This document shows positions 9,236 to 18,039 of a stretch of 30,754 nt of DNA, piece after piece. The stretch spans positions 1-30,754 of the forward strand of contig CAMDMH010000001.1 in assembly GCA_945901835.1 (NCBI GenBank), given 5' to 3'. The stretch comes from Devosia equisanguinis. Its GTDB lineage: Bacteria; Pseudomonadota; Alphaproteobacteria; Rhizobiales; Hyphomicrobiaceae. The notes below the pieces were generated by a model. The model had not been told where the DNA came from, did no database searches, and saw only the letters and a program-made list of their open reading frames with translations. Every line of letters starts with the position of its first letter. The first letter of the stretch is position 1. The position numbers and the translations under genes were made by a program.

Positions 9236-10228
9236 TTGACCGGTACCAGAATTGGATGTGCGACGGCATTGGCCATCGCAGGAGCTATGACCGCGATATC
9301 CGGCGCCGCACTGGCGCAAGGCACTTATCCCGACAGGCCCATCCGCGTGATCAACTCGTTCGCGGCGGGAACCGCGAGCGACATCATTCCAAGGTTCGTG
9401 CTCGAAAAAGCCGGCACCTTCATAGGACCCAACACGTCGTTCGTGTTCGAGAACGTTCCCGGCGCCGGCGGCAATCCCGGCACCGCGATGCTGGCCCGTC
9501 AGGACGCGGACGGCTACAAGATCGGGGCAACCGCGATCGGTCCGATGGCGATCAACAAGTCGCTGTTCAAGAACCTCGGCTACGATCCGGAAACCGACTT
9601 CGAGCCGATCACCCCGACGGCGCAGCTCTCCAATGTCGCGACCGTATCCAACAAATCCGGGATCACCACGCTCAAGCAACTCGTCGACTTCGCGAAAGCG
9701 AACCCCGATGCGCTGACCTATTCCTCGGTCGGGCCTGGCAGCTCGCAGCATCTGGCCGGTGTTCTGTTCGAGCAGCTCACCGGTTCGAAGATGCGCCACT
9801 TGCCGTATCGCGTAACGGGGCAGCTCGTCACCGACCTCGTGACCGGCGAAGTGCCGCTGAGCTTCCAGAATATCGTCAACGTGCGCGAGCAGTTCGTCGG
9901 CGGCAATCTGAAGATCCTCGCCATCACGGCTTCGCTGCGGCATCCCTCGATCCCGGAAGTTCCGACCGCCGCGGAGGCTGGCCTGCCGGGGTTCGTGACG
10001 AGTGCGTGGTTCTGCATCGTCGCGCCGAAGGGGACGCCGAAGGCGATTGTCGATCGCTTGAACGGCGCGATCGTGAGGGCGCTCAACGAGCCGGACATCA
10101 GGAAGAAGCTCAACGATATCGGCGCAGAGCCGATGCCGATGGCGCCCGACGAGTTCAAGCGCTTCATTTCGGCCGAGGTCGTGCGCTGGCGCGAGATCGT
10201 GACGAAAGGCAATATTCCGCAATTGTGA
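9236..10228 (+). CDS. Bug/TctC substrate-binding protein (close paralog of 8126..9115)
   Basis: TTG start after GGAGG; YPDRPIRVINSFAAGTASD, ENVPGAGG, PEVPTAAEAG. Confidence 0.92.
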   Translation: MTGTRIGCATALAIAGAMTAISGAALAQGTYPDRPIRVINSFAAGTASDIIPRFVLEKAGTFIGPNTSFVFENVPGAGGNPGTAMLARQDADGYKIGATAIGPMAINKSLFKNLGYDPETDFEPITPTAQLSNVATVSNKSGITTLKQLVDFAKANPDALTYSSVGPGSSQHLAGVLFEQLTGSKMRHLPYRVTGQLVTDLVTGEVPLSFQNIVNVREQFVGGNLKILAITASLRHPSIPEVPTAAEAGLPGFVTSAWFCIVAPKGTPKAIVDRLNGAIVRALNEPDIRKKLNDIGAEPMPMAPDEFKRFISAEVVRWREIVTKGNIPQL

Positions 10229-10276
10229 GCGGCAAGAACGTGAGGATGTGGCTGGATTGAAACTGCTGGAGGATAC

Positions 10277-11245
10277 ATGCGATCGACGAAGCTCTTGGCG
10301 CTGGCCGCGGCTGCCACTGCGGTAGCATGGTCCGGCCTCGCACGTGCTCAAGCTTTCCCGAGCGGGCCCGTCACGATCATCATTCCGATCGGGGCCGGCG
10401 GATCCGATGCAATCGCGCGGATCATCGGCGAGCGCGTGTCGAAAACCTGGGGGCAGCCCGTCGTCGTGGTCAACAAGCCGGGCGCGGGCACGATGCTCGG
10501 CACCGAGGCCGTCGCGCGGGCCAAGCCCGACGGCCACACGCTGGGCATGGCGATTTCGGCACTGACCATCAATCCCGCCATCCGCGCCAGCATGTCCTAC
10601 GACACGTTGAAGGACATCCGCGGGGTGACGCTGCTCGCCAACGCGGCGATGGTAGGTGCCGTGCACGCCTCGGTGCCGGCGTCGAACGCCAAGGAATTCA
10701 TAGCCTGGGCGAAGACCAAGAAGCCCGACGAGATCGCGTACCTGACGCCGGGCATCGGCACGCTTGGGCATATCTCCGGCGAGCTTTTCCAGAACGCGGC
10801 CGGCATCAAGATGCTGCACGTGCCCTACCAGGAGAGCAATCGCGCGGTGACGGACTTCATCGCCGGGCAGGGACAGGCATTCTTCGGGCTGTGGCAGTCG
10901 GTCGAGGCGCTGGTCAGAGCCGATAAGGTCAAGGTGCTCGGCATCTTCAACAAGACGCGGATGGCCGACTATCCGAACGTGCCGACGATCGCGGAGACGC
11001 TGCCGGGTGTGGAGACGGTCTCGCGGCTCGGCGCGATTGCACCTGCGGGAACGCCGAAGGCGGTGCTCGACAAGATCTCGGCCGACTTCAACGCCATCAT
11101 CCGGATGGAGGACGTGAAGGAGCGGTTCCGGCCGTTCGGCATGGTGCCTGTCGGATCGACACCGGAGGAGTTCGACGCGGTGATCGCGAAGGAACTCGCC
11201 GAGTGGAAGGACGTGCTCGGGCGGGCGGGCGTGAAGCCGAATTGA
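10277..11245 (+). CDS. Bug/TctC substrate-binding protein
   Basis: 322 aa; GGAGG RBS; FPSGPVTIIIPIGAGGSD, NKPGAG, AKPDGHTL, PNVPTIAET. Confidence 0.92.
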   Translation: MRSTKLLALAAAATAVAWSGLARAQAFPSGPVTIIIPIGAGGSDAIARIIGERVSKTWGQPVVVVNKPGAGTMLGTEAVARAKPDGHTLGMAISALTINPAIRASMSYDTLKDIRGVTLLANAAMVGAVHASVPASNAKEFIAWAKTKKPDEIAYLTPGIGTLGHISGELFQNAAGIKMLHVPYQESNRAVTDFIAGQGQAFFGLWQSVEALVRADKVKVLGIFNKTRMADYPNVPTIAETLPGVETVSRLGAIAPAGTPKAVLDKISADFNAIIRMEDVKERFRPFGMVPVGSTPEEFDAVIAKELAEWKDVLGRAGVKPN

Positions 11246-11348
11246 GCTTGTGCGGAGTTGCATGAGCTCGATCGAAGCGTAGCCGTTGGCCTCGGCGGCA
11301 ATGTCTGCGAAGTAGAAGCTCTCATTCTACCGCGAACGGGTCAGGCCC

Positions 11349-12251
11349 ATGTCGATCGAACTCAGCCAGCGCATGAATTTCGAGTACGGGGTGCCGCGCG
11401 AACTCGTGCCGGGCGTGCAGCGCATCGTGGCGAAGAATCCGAGCCCGATGACATTCAAGGGCACCAACACCTACATCGTCGGCAACGGGACGCTCGCGGT
11501 GATCGATCCGGGGCCCGACGATGAGGAGCAGTGTGCAGCGATAGTGAAAGCGGTCGCCGGTCGGCCGGTGTCGCATATCGTGCTGACGCATGCACACGGC
11601 GATCACTCGGATGGTGTGCCGCGCCTGATCGATGCGCTGAAGGCGCCGCTTGCCGCCTATGGCTACGAGCCGCGCGCGGGCGGGGCATTGAAGATCACGC
11701 CCGACAGCCGGGAGGTCGGCGTCAAGACCATCCGGCCCGATATCATGCTGCGCGACCGGGACGCAATTCAGGGTGACGGCTGGCGGCTCGAGGCGCTGTT
11801 CACGCCGGGTCACGCCCCCGATCACCTGTGCTTCGAGCTGAGCGGAACCGGGATCCTGTTTTCCGGCGATCATGTGATGGGGTGGAACACCAGCGTCGTC
11901 GCGCCGCCGGAAGGAAAAATGAGCGACTATCTCGCCTCGCTCGACCGGCTGCGCGGACGTGGCGACAAGCTGTTCCTGCCGGGTCATGGCGGCAAGCTGG
12001 CCGAACCGGAGCGGATGGTGCGTGGATACCTGATCCATCGCCGCATGCGCGAAGACGCGATCCTGAACGCGATCCGCGAGCGGCCGAAGTCGATCGACGA
12101 AATCGTATCGCTGATCTATCCGACTATTGAGCAGAAGCTCGTCCGGGCTGCGTCGCTTTCTGTACAGGCGCACGTTGAGCACCTGATCGAGCGGCATCTT
12201 GTGAGCGCCGACGATCCGATAGCCTTTGATCGCCCGCTTTACCCTTCTTGA
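11349..12251 (+). CDS. MBL-fold metallo-hydrolase (LACTB2-like with C-terminal winged helix)
   Basis: THAHGDHSDG (HxHxDH), TPGHAPDH, FSGDHVM and LPGHG motifs. Confidence 0.92.
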   Translation: MSIELSQRMNFEYGVPRELVPGVQRIVAKNPSPMTFKGTNTYIVGNGTLAVIDPGPDDEEQCAAIVKAVAGRPVSHIVLTHAHGDHSDGVPRLIDALKAPLAAYGYEPRAGGALKITPDSREVGVKTIRPDIMLRDRDAIQGDGWRLEALFTPGHAPDHLCFELSGTGILFSGDHVMGWNTSVVAPPEGKMSDYLASLDRLRGRGDKLFLPGHGGKLAEPERMVRGYLIHRRMREDAILNAIRERPKSIDEIVSLIYPTIEQKLVRAASLSVQAHVEHLIERHLVSADDPIAFDRPLYPS

Positions 12252-13077
12252 ACTGCGACTTGCCCTTGTCGAGCCGGGACTTGATGCGCGCGAACCGTTG
12301 CCCCGGGGTGGCCACCGACGCGTCGATACGCGCCTGCAGCTCGGCCAGGACGCGGCGAACCCGGCTCGAGTTGCGACCGAGATCGTGCTGGCCGAACCGG
12401 GAGGCGCTGCGGACGTCGATGCGCGAGCGGCCAGCTTCACTGTCCACCCGGACGATCACGTCGTCGTAGAAGCCGATCACCGTCGTACGATCGACCGCCT
12501 CGATAAGCCCCGGCCGACGCTGCTGCGGCGGGCTCTCGGCCACGATCTGAAAGCGCAGCCTTTTCACCGTCTCGACCGCCAGATCGTAAGTCTCCTCCAG
12601 CGGTCGGCTCACATAGAGGGGGCGAAGATCGGGATAGGCCGCCTTCTGCAGCTCGGCGAAACGGCCGCCGGGGTACTGGGCCGGACTGGACGCTCCGGCC
12701 CGCTGCCGCTCAGCTACCAGTGCTGCAAAGACGGGCGGCGAGCCAAGATCCGTGCTAGCATCGTTGATCGACGGCAGATTGTAGTAGGCCGGCGCGAACG
12801 CCAAGGGCCAGCAGAATACACCGCCGGCCAGCAGCATACCGATCACCGCCCGAGCGCCGCCGTCCGCACCGCGCCGCCACACGTCGCCGATCGCGAAAAG
12901 GCCCAGCAACAAGGCGAGCGCCGCCAGGCCAAAAGCCACCAGGAAGAGATTGAGCGCCAATGCCGTCGGCATGCCCAGCAGCCGGTGCAACAGGATCGCC
13001 ATGACGATCAGCGCGCCGGAAAAGAGCGCCACGCGGGGCGTCCATGATGCGAACAGGGCTGGGGACGTGTCGTTCAT
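12124..13077 (-). CDS. DUF1499-domain membrane protein with basic C-terminal extension
   Basis: Three N-terminal TM helices; PSINDASTD, YPDLRP, IEAVDRT..IGFYDDVIVRV and RIDVRSASRFGQHDLGRNSSRV motifs. 3' end overlaps the convergent MBL gene. Confidence 0.85.
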   Translation of the reverse strand: MNDTSPALFASWTPRVALFSGALIVMAILLHRLLGMPTALALNLFLVAFGLAALALLLGLFAIGDVWRRGADGGARAVIGMLLAGGVFCWPLAFAPAYYNLPSINDASTDLGSPPVFAALVAERQRAGASSPAQYPGGRFAELQKAAYPDLRPLYVSRPLEETYDLAVETVKRLRFQIVAESPPQQRRPGLIEAVDRTTVIGFYDDVIVRVDSEAGRSRIDVRSASRFGQHDLGRNSSRVRRVLAELQARIDASVATPGQRFARIKSRLDKGKSQFKKGKAGDQRLSDRRRSQDAARSGAQRAPVQKATQPGRASAQ

Positions 13078-13341
13078 CCGATGTCTTTGCCTGATCCGAT
13101 CGAAGGCTATCGCTTGGAGTAACGCAATCGAAGGCGGGGCTACGATTTACCATACCCGCCAGATACGGTTTACTCCGGGCGTGGGGCGCCGCCAAGGCGA
13201 CAGCGACAACATGCGATCCTCATAAGCGATTTGGCCGAAGGATCGGCGGCCGCCTCGCAGAATACCGCTTTACGCCGCTCTGCCATGGGCTTAACCGTTC
13301 AGCCCGGATTGTGCATCGAGACCAAGCAGCAGGAGAACCAC

Positions 13342-14196
13342 ATGAAGCTCGTTCGTTTCGGCGCGGCCGGCCACGAGAAGCCCGGTATCGTGGATGCCCA
13401 GGGCGCGATCCGCGACCTGTCCGCCCACGTTAAGGACTTCACAGGCGAGGCGCTCGCGCCGGCTTCGATGGACAAGCTGCGCAAGGTCGATCCGGCGAGC
13501 CTGCCGCTCGCTCCCACCGGCGTGCGCATCGGCGCTCCTGTCGGCGACGTCCGGAACTTCATCGCTGTCGGCCTCAACTATGCGGACCACGCGAAGGAAT
13601 CGGGCATGCCGATCCCGAAAGAACCCATCCTGTTCAACAAGCTCGCCAACTGCATCATCGGCCCCAACGACGACATCATGATGCCGAAGGGCACGACCAA
13701 GCTCGATTGGGAACTCGAAATCGCGTTCGTCGTGAACCGCCGCGCCCGCTACGTCTCCGAAGCCGATGCCCCGAGCTACATCGCCGGCTACACGATCTGC
13801 AACGACGTGTCGGCGCGCGATTGGCAGATCGAGCGTTCGGGCGGGCAGTGGATGAAGGGCAAGTGCATGCAGGACTCTGGCCCGCTCGGTCCGTGGCTCG
13901 TGACGCCCGACGAGGTAGGCGATCCGCAGAGCTTGGATATGTTCCTCGACGTCGGCGGAACCCGCATGCAGAAGGGCAATACGAAAACGATGATCTTCGG
14001 CTGCCACTACCTGATGCACTACATCACGCAGTTCATGATGCTCGAGGCCGGCGACGTGGTGACCACGGGTACGCCTCCGGGAGTAGCACTCGGCCAGAAG
14101 CCGACGCCGACGTTCCTGAAGGTCGGCGACGTGATGCACCTCAACATCCAGAAGCTGGGCGAGCAGAAGAGCCGAATCGTCGAATTCAAGATGTAG
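13342..14196 (+). CDS. Fumarylacetoacetate hydrolase family protein
   Basis: MKLVRFG start after AGGAG; GLNYADHAKE, LDWELEIA, NDVSARDWQ, KGK..DSGPLGP, TGTPPGV. Confidence 0.93.
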   Translation: MKLVRFGAAGHEKPGIVDAQGAIRDLSAHVKDFTGEALAPASMDKLRKVDPASLPLAPTGVRIGAPVGDVRNFIAVGLNYADHAKESGMPIPKEPILFNKLANCIIGPNDDIMMPKGTTKLDWELEIAFVVNRRARYVSEADAPSYIAGYTICNDVSARDWQIERSGGQWMKGKCMQDSGPLGPWLVTPDEVGDPQSLDMFLDVGGTRMQKGNTKTMIFGCHYLMHYITQFMMLEAGDVVTTGTPPGVALGQKPTPTFLKVGDVMHLNIQKLGEQKSRIVEFKM

Positions 14197-14217
14197 AGAT
14201 GTAAGTGGAATGATCGA

Positions 14218-14299
14218 CGTAGGCTGGGTCAAGCAAAGAGCGACCCAGCTTAACGTGACGGATGCTGGGTCGCGGCCAGGGGCCTTGACCCAGCCTACG
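14218..14299. repeat. GTAG-type four-armed REP/REPIN-like element
   Basis: Perfect 16-bp terminal IR CGTAGGCTGGGTCAAG / CTTGACCCAGCCTACG; internal perfect 10-bp IR GCGACCCAGC / GCTGGGTCGC. Confidence 0.85.
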
Positions 14300-14393
14300 G
14301 GTTCCAACTTTTGACTGGCCGCAATATCGTTCCATGCCGTAGCGTGCCGAAGGTCTCCATCAGAGCGGCCTTTATGCTTTTCGGAGGTACGCC

Positions 14394-14882
14394 ATGAATT
14401 CGTTCTCGACCCGTATTGCGCTCGCAATTGTCGGTTGTGGCATCGCCGGCGGCGCAGAGGCGCAGATCGCTCGCAAAGACCTGTCGATCGACACCGCGCT
14501 CGTGATCGCGACGACGGCCATGGCGGACTGCAAGGCGAAGGGGTTCGCGGTGTCGGTGGCCGTCGTCGGTCGCAATGGCGAATTGCTGGTCCACTTGCGC
14601 GGCGACAACACCGGCCCGCACACGATGGAGAACAGCTTCAAGAAGGCGTTCACGTCGCGCACGTTCCGCATTCCGTCGGGCGAGATGGAAGACCGGCTGA
14701 AGAAGAACCCGGCCATGGGCGCGCAATATCTGACGGGGTTCACCACGGGACGCGGCGCGCTGCCGATCAAGATCGGTGAAGATACCGTTGGTGCTGCCGG
14801 CGTCAGCGGCGCTCCGGGCGGCGACAAGGACGAGGACTGCGTGAAGGTCGGAATCTCCAAGGTGGCGGATCAGTTGAAGTAG
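14394..14882 (+). CDS. Exported GlcG/HbpS family heme-binding protein (DUF336)
   Basis: GGAGG RBS; signal peptide ending AEA; VSVAVVGRNG, GPHT..NSFKKAFTS, GALPI, GAAGVSGAPGGDKDEDC. Confidence 0.9.
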   Translation: MNSFSTRIALAIVGCGIAGGAEAQIARKDLSIDTALVIATTAMADCKAKGFAVSVAVVGRNGELLVHLRGDNTGPHTMENSFKKAFTSRTFRIPSGEMEDRLKKNPAMGAQYLTGFTTGRGALPIKIGEDTVGAAGVSGAPGGDKDEDCVKVGISKVADQLK

Positions 14883-14927
14883 ATGAGGTAGCCTGACCAA
14901 CATGGCCTGGGACGACATCTCTCTCTT

Positions 14928-15044
14928 GCGTTCCCGGAAGCCGAGTGCAGCGAGGCTATCCGGGATCTTTCTCCTTCCGAGAGATGTAAAGACCCCGGTT
15001 CTTCACGCTCCGACCTTTCGGTCGGACCGCTCGTCCGGGGACGC
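14928..15044. repeat. Rhizobiales-type palindromic MITE/RIME-like element between convergent genes
   Basis: Terminal IR GCGTTCCCGGA / TCCGGGGACGC (1 mismatch); inner IR CCGGGATCTTT / AAAGACCCCGG (1 mismatch); perfect sub-hairpin TCCGACC-TTTC-GGTCGGA. Confidence 0.75.
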
Positions 15045-15070
15045 GAATCCTTGGGAGTGCTACCAAGAAT

Positions 15071-16387
15071 TCATGCTGCTTTCCAACCGGGCCTGGTCAA
15101 GCCGAGGTTAGCGCGCAGCATGGTGCCTTCGTAGCGGGTGCGGAAGAGGCCCCGCCGCTGCAGCTCCGGGATCACGAGTTCGATGAAGTCGACGAGGCTG
15201 CCGGGGAACACGGGCGGCATGATGTTGAAGCCGTCGCAGGCTTTCGTCTTGACCCACTCCTCCATCATGTCGGCGATATCCGACGGCGTGCCGACGATCT
15301 GGCAATGGCCGCGCGCACCTGCGATGTGGCGATAGAGATCCTTGATCGTATAGCCCTCGCGCACGGCGAGATCGTACATCAGCTTGGAACGACTGGAGTT
15401 GATCTTGTCGTGCGGCAGTTCGGGCAGCGGACCGTCGATGTCGCAGCCGGTCAGGTCCCATTCGAGGCGCTTCGACAACAACTGCAAGCCGACGACAGGA
15501 TCGATGAGGTCCTGCAGAACTTCGTACTTCGCGGCTGCTTCGTCGCGCGAGCGGCCGACGCACACGAACAGCCCCGGCATGATCTTGAGGCTGTCGGGAT
15601 CGCGGCCGAACTTCGCCATGCGTCCCTTGACGTCGGCGTAGAAGGCGCGGGCGGGCTCGATGTGCGTCTGAGCACCAAACACGACCTCGGCGGTTTCGGC
15701 GGCGAGATCCTTGCCGTCTTCCGATGCTCCGGCCTGCACCATCACCGGCTCGCCCTGCGGCGACGGGGGCACATTCAACGGCCCCTTCACGCGGAAGAAC
15801 TCACCGCGATGCTGCATGGCGTTGATCTTGGCGCGATCGAGATAGAGTCCCGACGCCTTGTTGCGCACGAATGCGCCCTCGTCCCACGAGTTCCACAAGC
15901 CGCGTACGACATGCGCGAACTCGCGACCGCGGCGATAGCGCGATGTTTTCTCCATGTGGGCTTCGAAGCCGAAGCTTTCGGCTTCGAGCGCATTGCCCGA
16001 AGTGACGAGGTTCCAGCCGGCGCGGCCGCCGCTGACGAGATCGAGCGACGCGAAATGGCGCGCGATCAGATAGGGCTGGTCGTAGGTCGTGGTCGCCGTG
16101 CAGACGAGCCCGAGGTGCCTGGTATGCTGGGACAGCGCGCCCATCAGCGTGAAGGGCTCGATCCACGTGCTGTAGCTGTCGCGTTCCATCGCTTCCAGCG
16201 AGCCACGCCACCACGTGACCGAGTCGGCCATGAAGAACATGTCGAACAGGCCACGCTCCGCGAGCTTGGCCAATTCGATCAGGTGGGGAAGGTTGTAGCC
16301 GGAGTCGGCGATGCCGTCGGGGTGCCGCCATGCCGCGAGATGGTGGCCACACTGCCAATAGAACATGCCGAGTTTCATCTGTGGCAT
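15071..16387 (-). CDS. LLM-class flavin-dependent monooxygenase (NtaA/SnaA/DszA family)
   Basis: GGAGG before the ATG at 16387; AERGLFDMFFMAD, SGGRAGWNLVTS, QAGASEDG..LAAETAE, CDGFNIMP. Confidence 0.93.
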   Translation of the reverse strand: MPQMKLGMFYWQCGHHLAAWRHPDGIADSGYNLPHLIELAKLAERGLFDMFFMADSVTWWRGSLEAMERDSYSTWIEPFTLMGALSQHTRHLGLVCTATTTYDQPYLIARHFASLDLVSGGRAGWNLVTSGNALEAESFGFEAHMEKTSRYRRGREFAHVVRGLWNSWDEGAFVRNKASGLYLDRAKINAMQHRGEFFRVKGPLNVPPSPQGEPVMVQAGASEDGKDLAAETAEVVFGAQTHIEPARAFYADVKGRMAKFGRDPDSLKIMPGLFVCVGRSRDEAAAKYEVLQDLIDPVVGLQLLSKRLEWDLTGCDIDGPLPELPHDKINSSRSKLMYDLAVREGYTIKDLYRHIAGARGHCQIVGTPSDIADMMEEWVKTKACDGFNIMPPVFPGSLVDFIELVIPELQRRGLFRTRYEGTMLRANLGLTRPGWKAA

Positions 16388-16453
16388 GCGTTCCTCCGAG
16401 GTCATCGATACGTGCCGGCAGACTAACATCCGTTCTCATCCCGCAAATGGTCA

Positions 16454-16463
16454 ATTGCGCAAT
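16454..16463. promoter_or_regulatory. Candidate operator palindrome in a divergent promoter region
   Basis: Perfect palindrome ATTGCGCAAT between the divergent LLM and TctC genes. Confidence 0.3.
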
Positions 16464-16515
16464 GAGTTCACTCGCGCGAAATTAGTCCGGTAGAAACGCG
16501 AGGGAGGAACAGGCA

Positions 16516-17496
16516 ATGCTCGACAGACGCGGCTTGCTCACCGGTTCGGCAGCCGGCGCGGCGATCTTCGGTTTCGATCCCGGGCTGGCGCTCGCGCAAG
16601 CAGGCGGCACGCCGGTCAAAATCGTGTTCCCATTCGGGGCCGGGGGCGGCGGAGATGCCATCAGCCGGCTCGTCGCCGAGTGGATCGCGCCCGAGTTGAA
16701 GCGATCCGTGATCGTCGAAAACCGGACGGGTGCGGACGGCCGGATCGGTATAGGATCGGTGAAATCGTCGCCGCCCGACGGCAATACGCTGCTGATCACA
16801 ACCGGTCCGACAATGAGGCTGATGCCGCTGGTGCACAAGGCTCCGGGCTATGACCCGTTCAACGATTTCGCGCCGATCTCTCTGTTGGCCCGCTTCGAGT
16901 TCTGCGTCGCCGCGGCGCTCAACACCGGCATCAACTCGATGAAGGAGATGGCAACGTGGGTGAAGGCCAATCCCGACAAAGCCACCTATGGGTTGCCCGG
17001 CGCCGGCACGATCCCGCATTTCACAGGCGTGGCGCTTTCCAAGTTGATCGGCGTCGACATGAGGCGGCTGCCCTATCGCGGCGGAGCGCCGGCAATGAAC
17101 GATCTCGTCGGTGGCCAGATCCCGCTCTCGGTCGGGACCGTAGCCGATGCCCTCCAGCAGCATCGCGCCGGTAAGGTTCGTATCCTCGCAGTGACGAGCA
17201 AGACACGCTCGCCGTTCCTGCCCGAGGTGCCCACGCTGACAGAGAGCGGCTTCAACCTCGAAAGCGAGGCCTGGTATGGCTTCTGGGCGCCCGCCGGGAC
17301 ACCCGAGGCGGTCGTCGCCACCCTCAATGCGGCCGTCACGGAGGCTCTGAAGGTCGAGGCAAACAGAAAGCGCCTCGAAGGGGTCGGACTCATTCCCGTT
17401 GGCACGACGCCTGCGCGCCTCGTCGAGATCATGCGCGAGAATACCGCGCAGTGGTCCGGCATCGTGAAGGAGAGCGGTTATACGATGGAGCAGTAG
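16516..17496 (+). CDS. Bug/TctC substrate-binding protein with Tat-type leader
   Basis: GGAGG RBS; MLDRRGLL; FPFGAGGGGD, ENRTGADG, PYRGGAPAMNDLVGGQIP, PEVPTLTESG. Confidence 0.92.
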   Translation: MLDRRGLLTGSAAGAAIFGFDPGLALAQAGGTPVKIVFPFGAGGGGDAISRLVAEWIAPELKRSVIVENRTGADGRIGIGSVKSSPPDGNTLLITTGPTMRLMPLVHKAPGYDPFNDFAPISLLARFEFCVAAALNTGINSMKEMATWVKANPDKATYGLPGAGTIPHFTGVALSKLIGVDMRRLPYRGGAPAMNDLVGGQIPLSVGTVADALQQHRAGKVRILAVTSKTRSPFLPEVPTLTESGFNLESEAWYGFWAPAGTPEAVVATLNAAVTEALKVEANRKRLEGVGLIPVGTTPARLVEIMRENTAQWSGIVKESGYTMEQ

Positions 17497-17503
17497 CTCC
17501 AGG

Positions 17504-17941
17504 TCAGGCAGTACGCGACCTCCGGCCGGTGATCCGACGCACGACCCAACTCGCGAACAGGTAGAACGCCATCAGAAGCAGCGGCACGGCGGCGACGACG
17601 ACGCCCCACAAGAATTTGAACCAGCCTTGCTCGTCATGATTGAAGCGGACCATCCTTACATGGCGCTTCGTGTCTTTCTTGAAATGCGGCAAGGCAACGT
17701 TGGAGACGACATAGGCGATGCCCTCCGGGGTCACTTGCGGCGTGGTGCCGGCATAGGCCCGAGACGCCTTCTCCCGTTCGTAGGTTCCGATCGGTGTGGC
17801 GCGGGCGCCGACGTCGTCGATGACATAGAGTTCGCCCGACTGGCGCCATGCGCCCAACCAAGCGAATGCGCCATAACCGACCGCCCACAGCAACGCCGAG
17901 ATCAGCAGCACTCGCTCAATTCGCCGCCGATCCCAGATCAT
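17504..17941 (-). CDS. Hypothetical two-TM membrane protein (145 aa)
   Basis: MIWDRRRIERVLLISALLWAVGYGAFAWLG and FLWGVVVAAVPLLLMAFYLFASWVV hydrophobic helices flank a polar loop; weak RBS, start uncertain. Confidence 0.55.
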   Translation of the reverse strand: MIWDRRRIERVLLISALLWAVGYGAFAWLGAWRQSGELYVIDDVGARATPIGTYEREKASRAYAGTTPQVTPEGIAYVVSNVALPHFKKDTKRHVRMVRFNHDEQGWFKFLWGVVVAAVPLLLMAFYLFASWVVRRITGRRSRTA

Positions 17942-18039
17942 TGCGCCGACTCGATCTGTTCGCCTTCGAGACACGCTTTGCTGAGCATTTCCATCCCGAG
18001 CTGGTGGTTGATCTTGCGAAGGTCGGCCGGACGGGGCGG

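Noticed and set aside
9041-11263. Long antisense or alternate-frame ORFs (e.g. 9041..11263, 8446..10260, 3000..4685, 4300..5907, 21559..23316, 13291..14427)
   Set aside because: They shadow well-supported genes, are Arg/Pro/Ala-rich without motifs and are expected from high-GC codon bias.
11349-12251. Beta-lactamase resistance gene
   Set aside because: No signal peptide; motifs and C-terminal winged helix fit the housekeeping LACTB2-like hydrolases.
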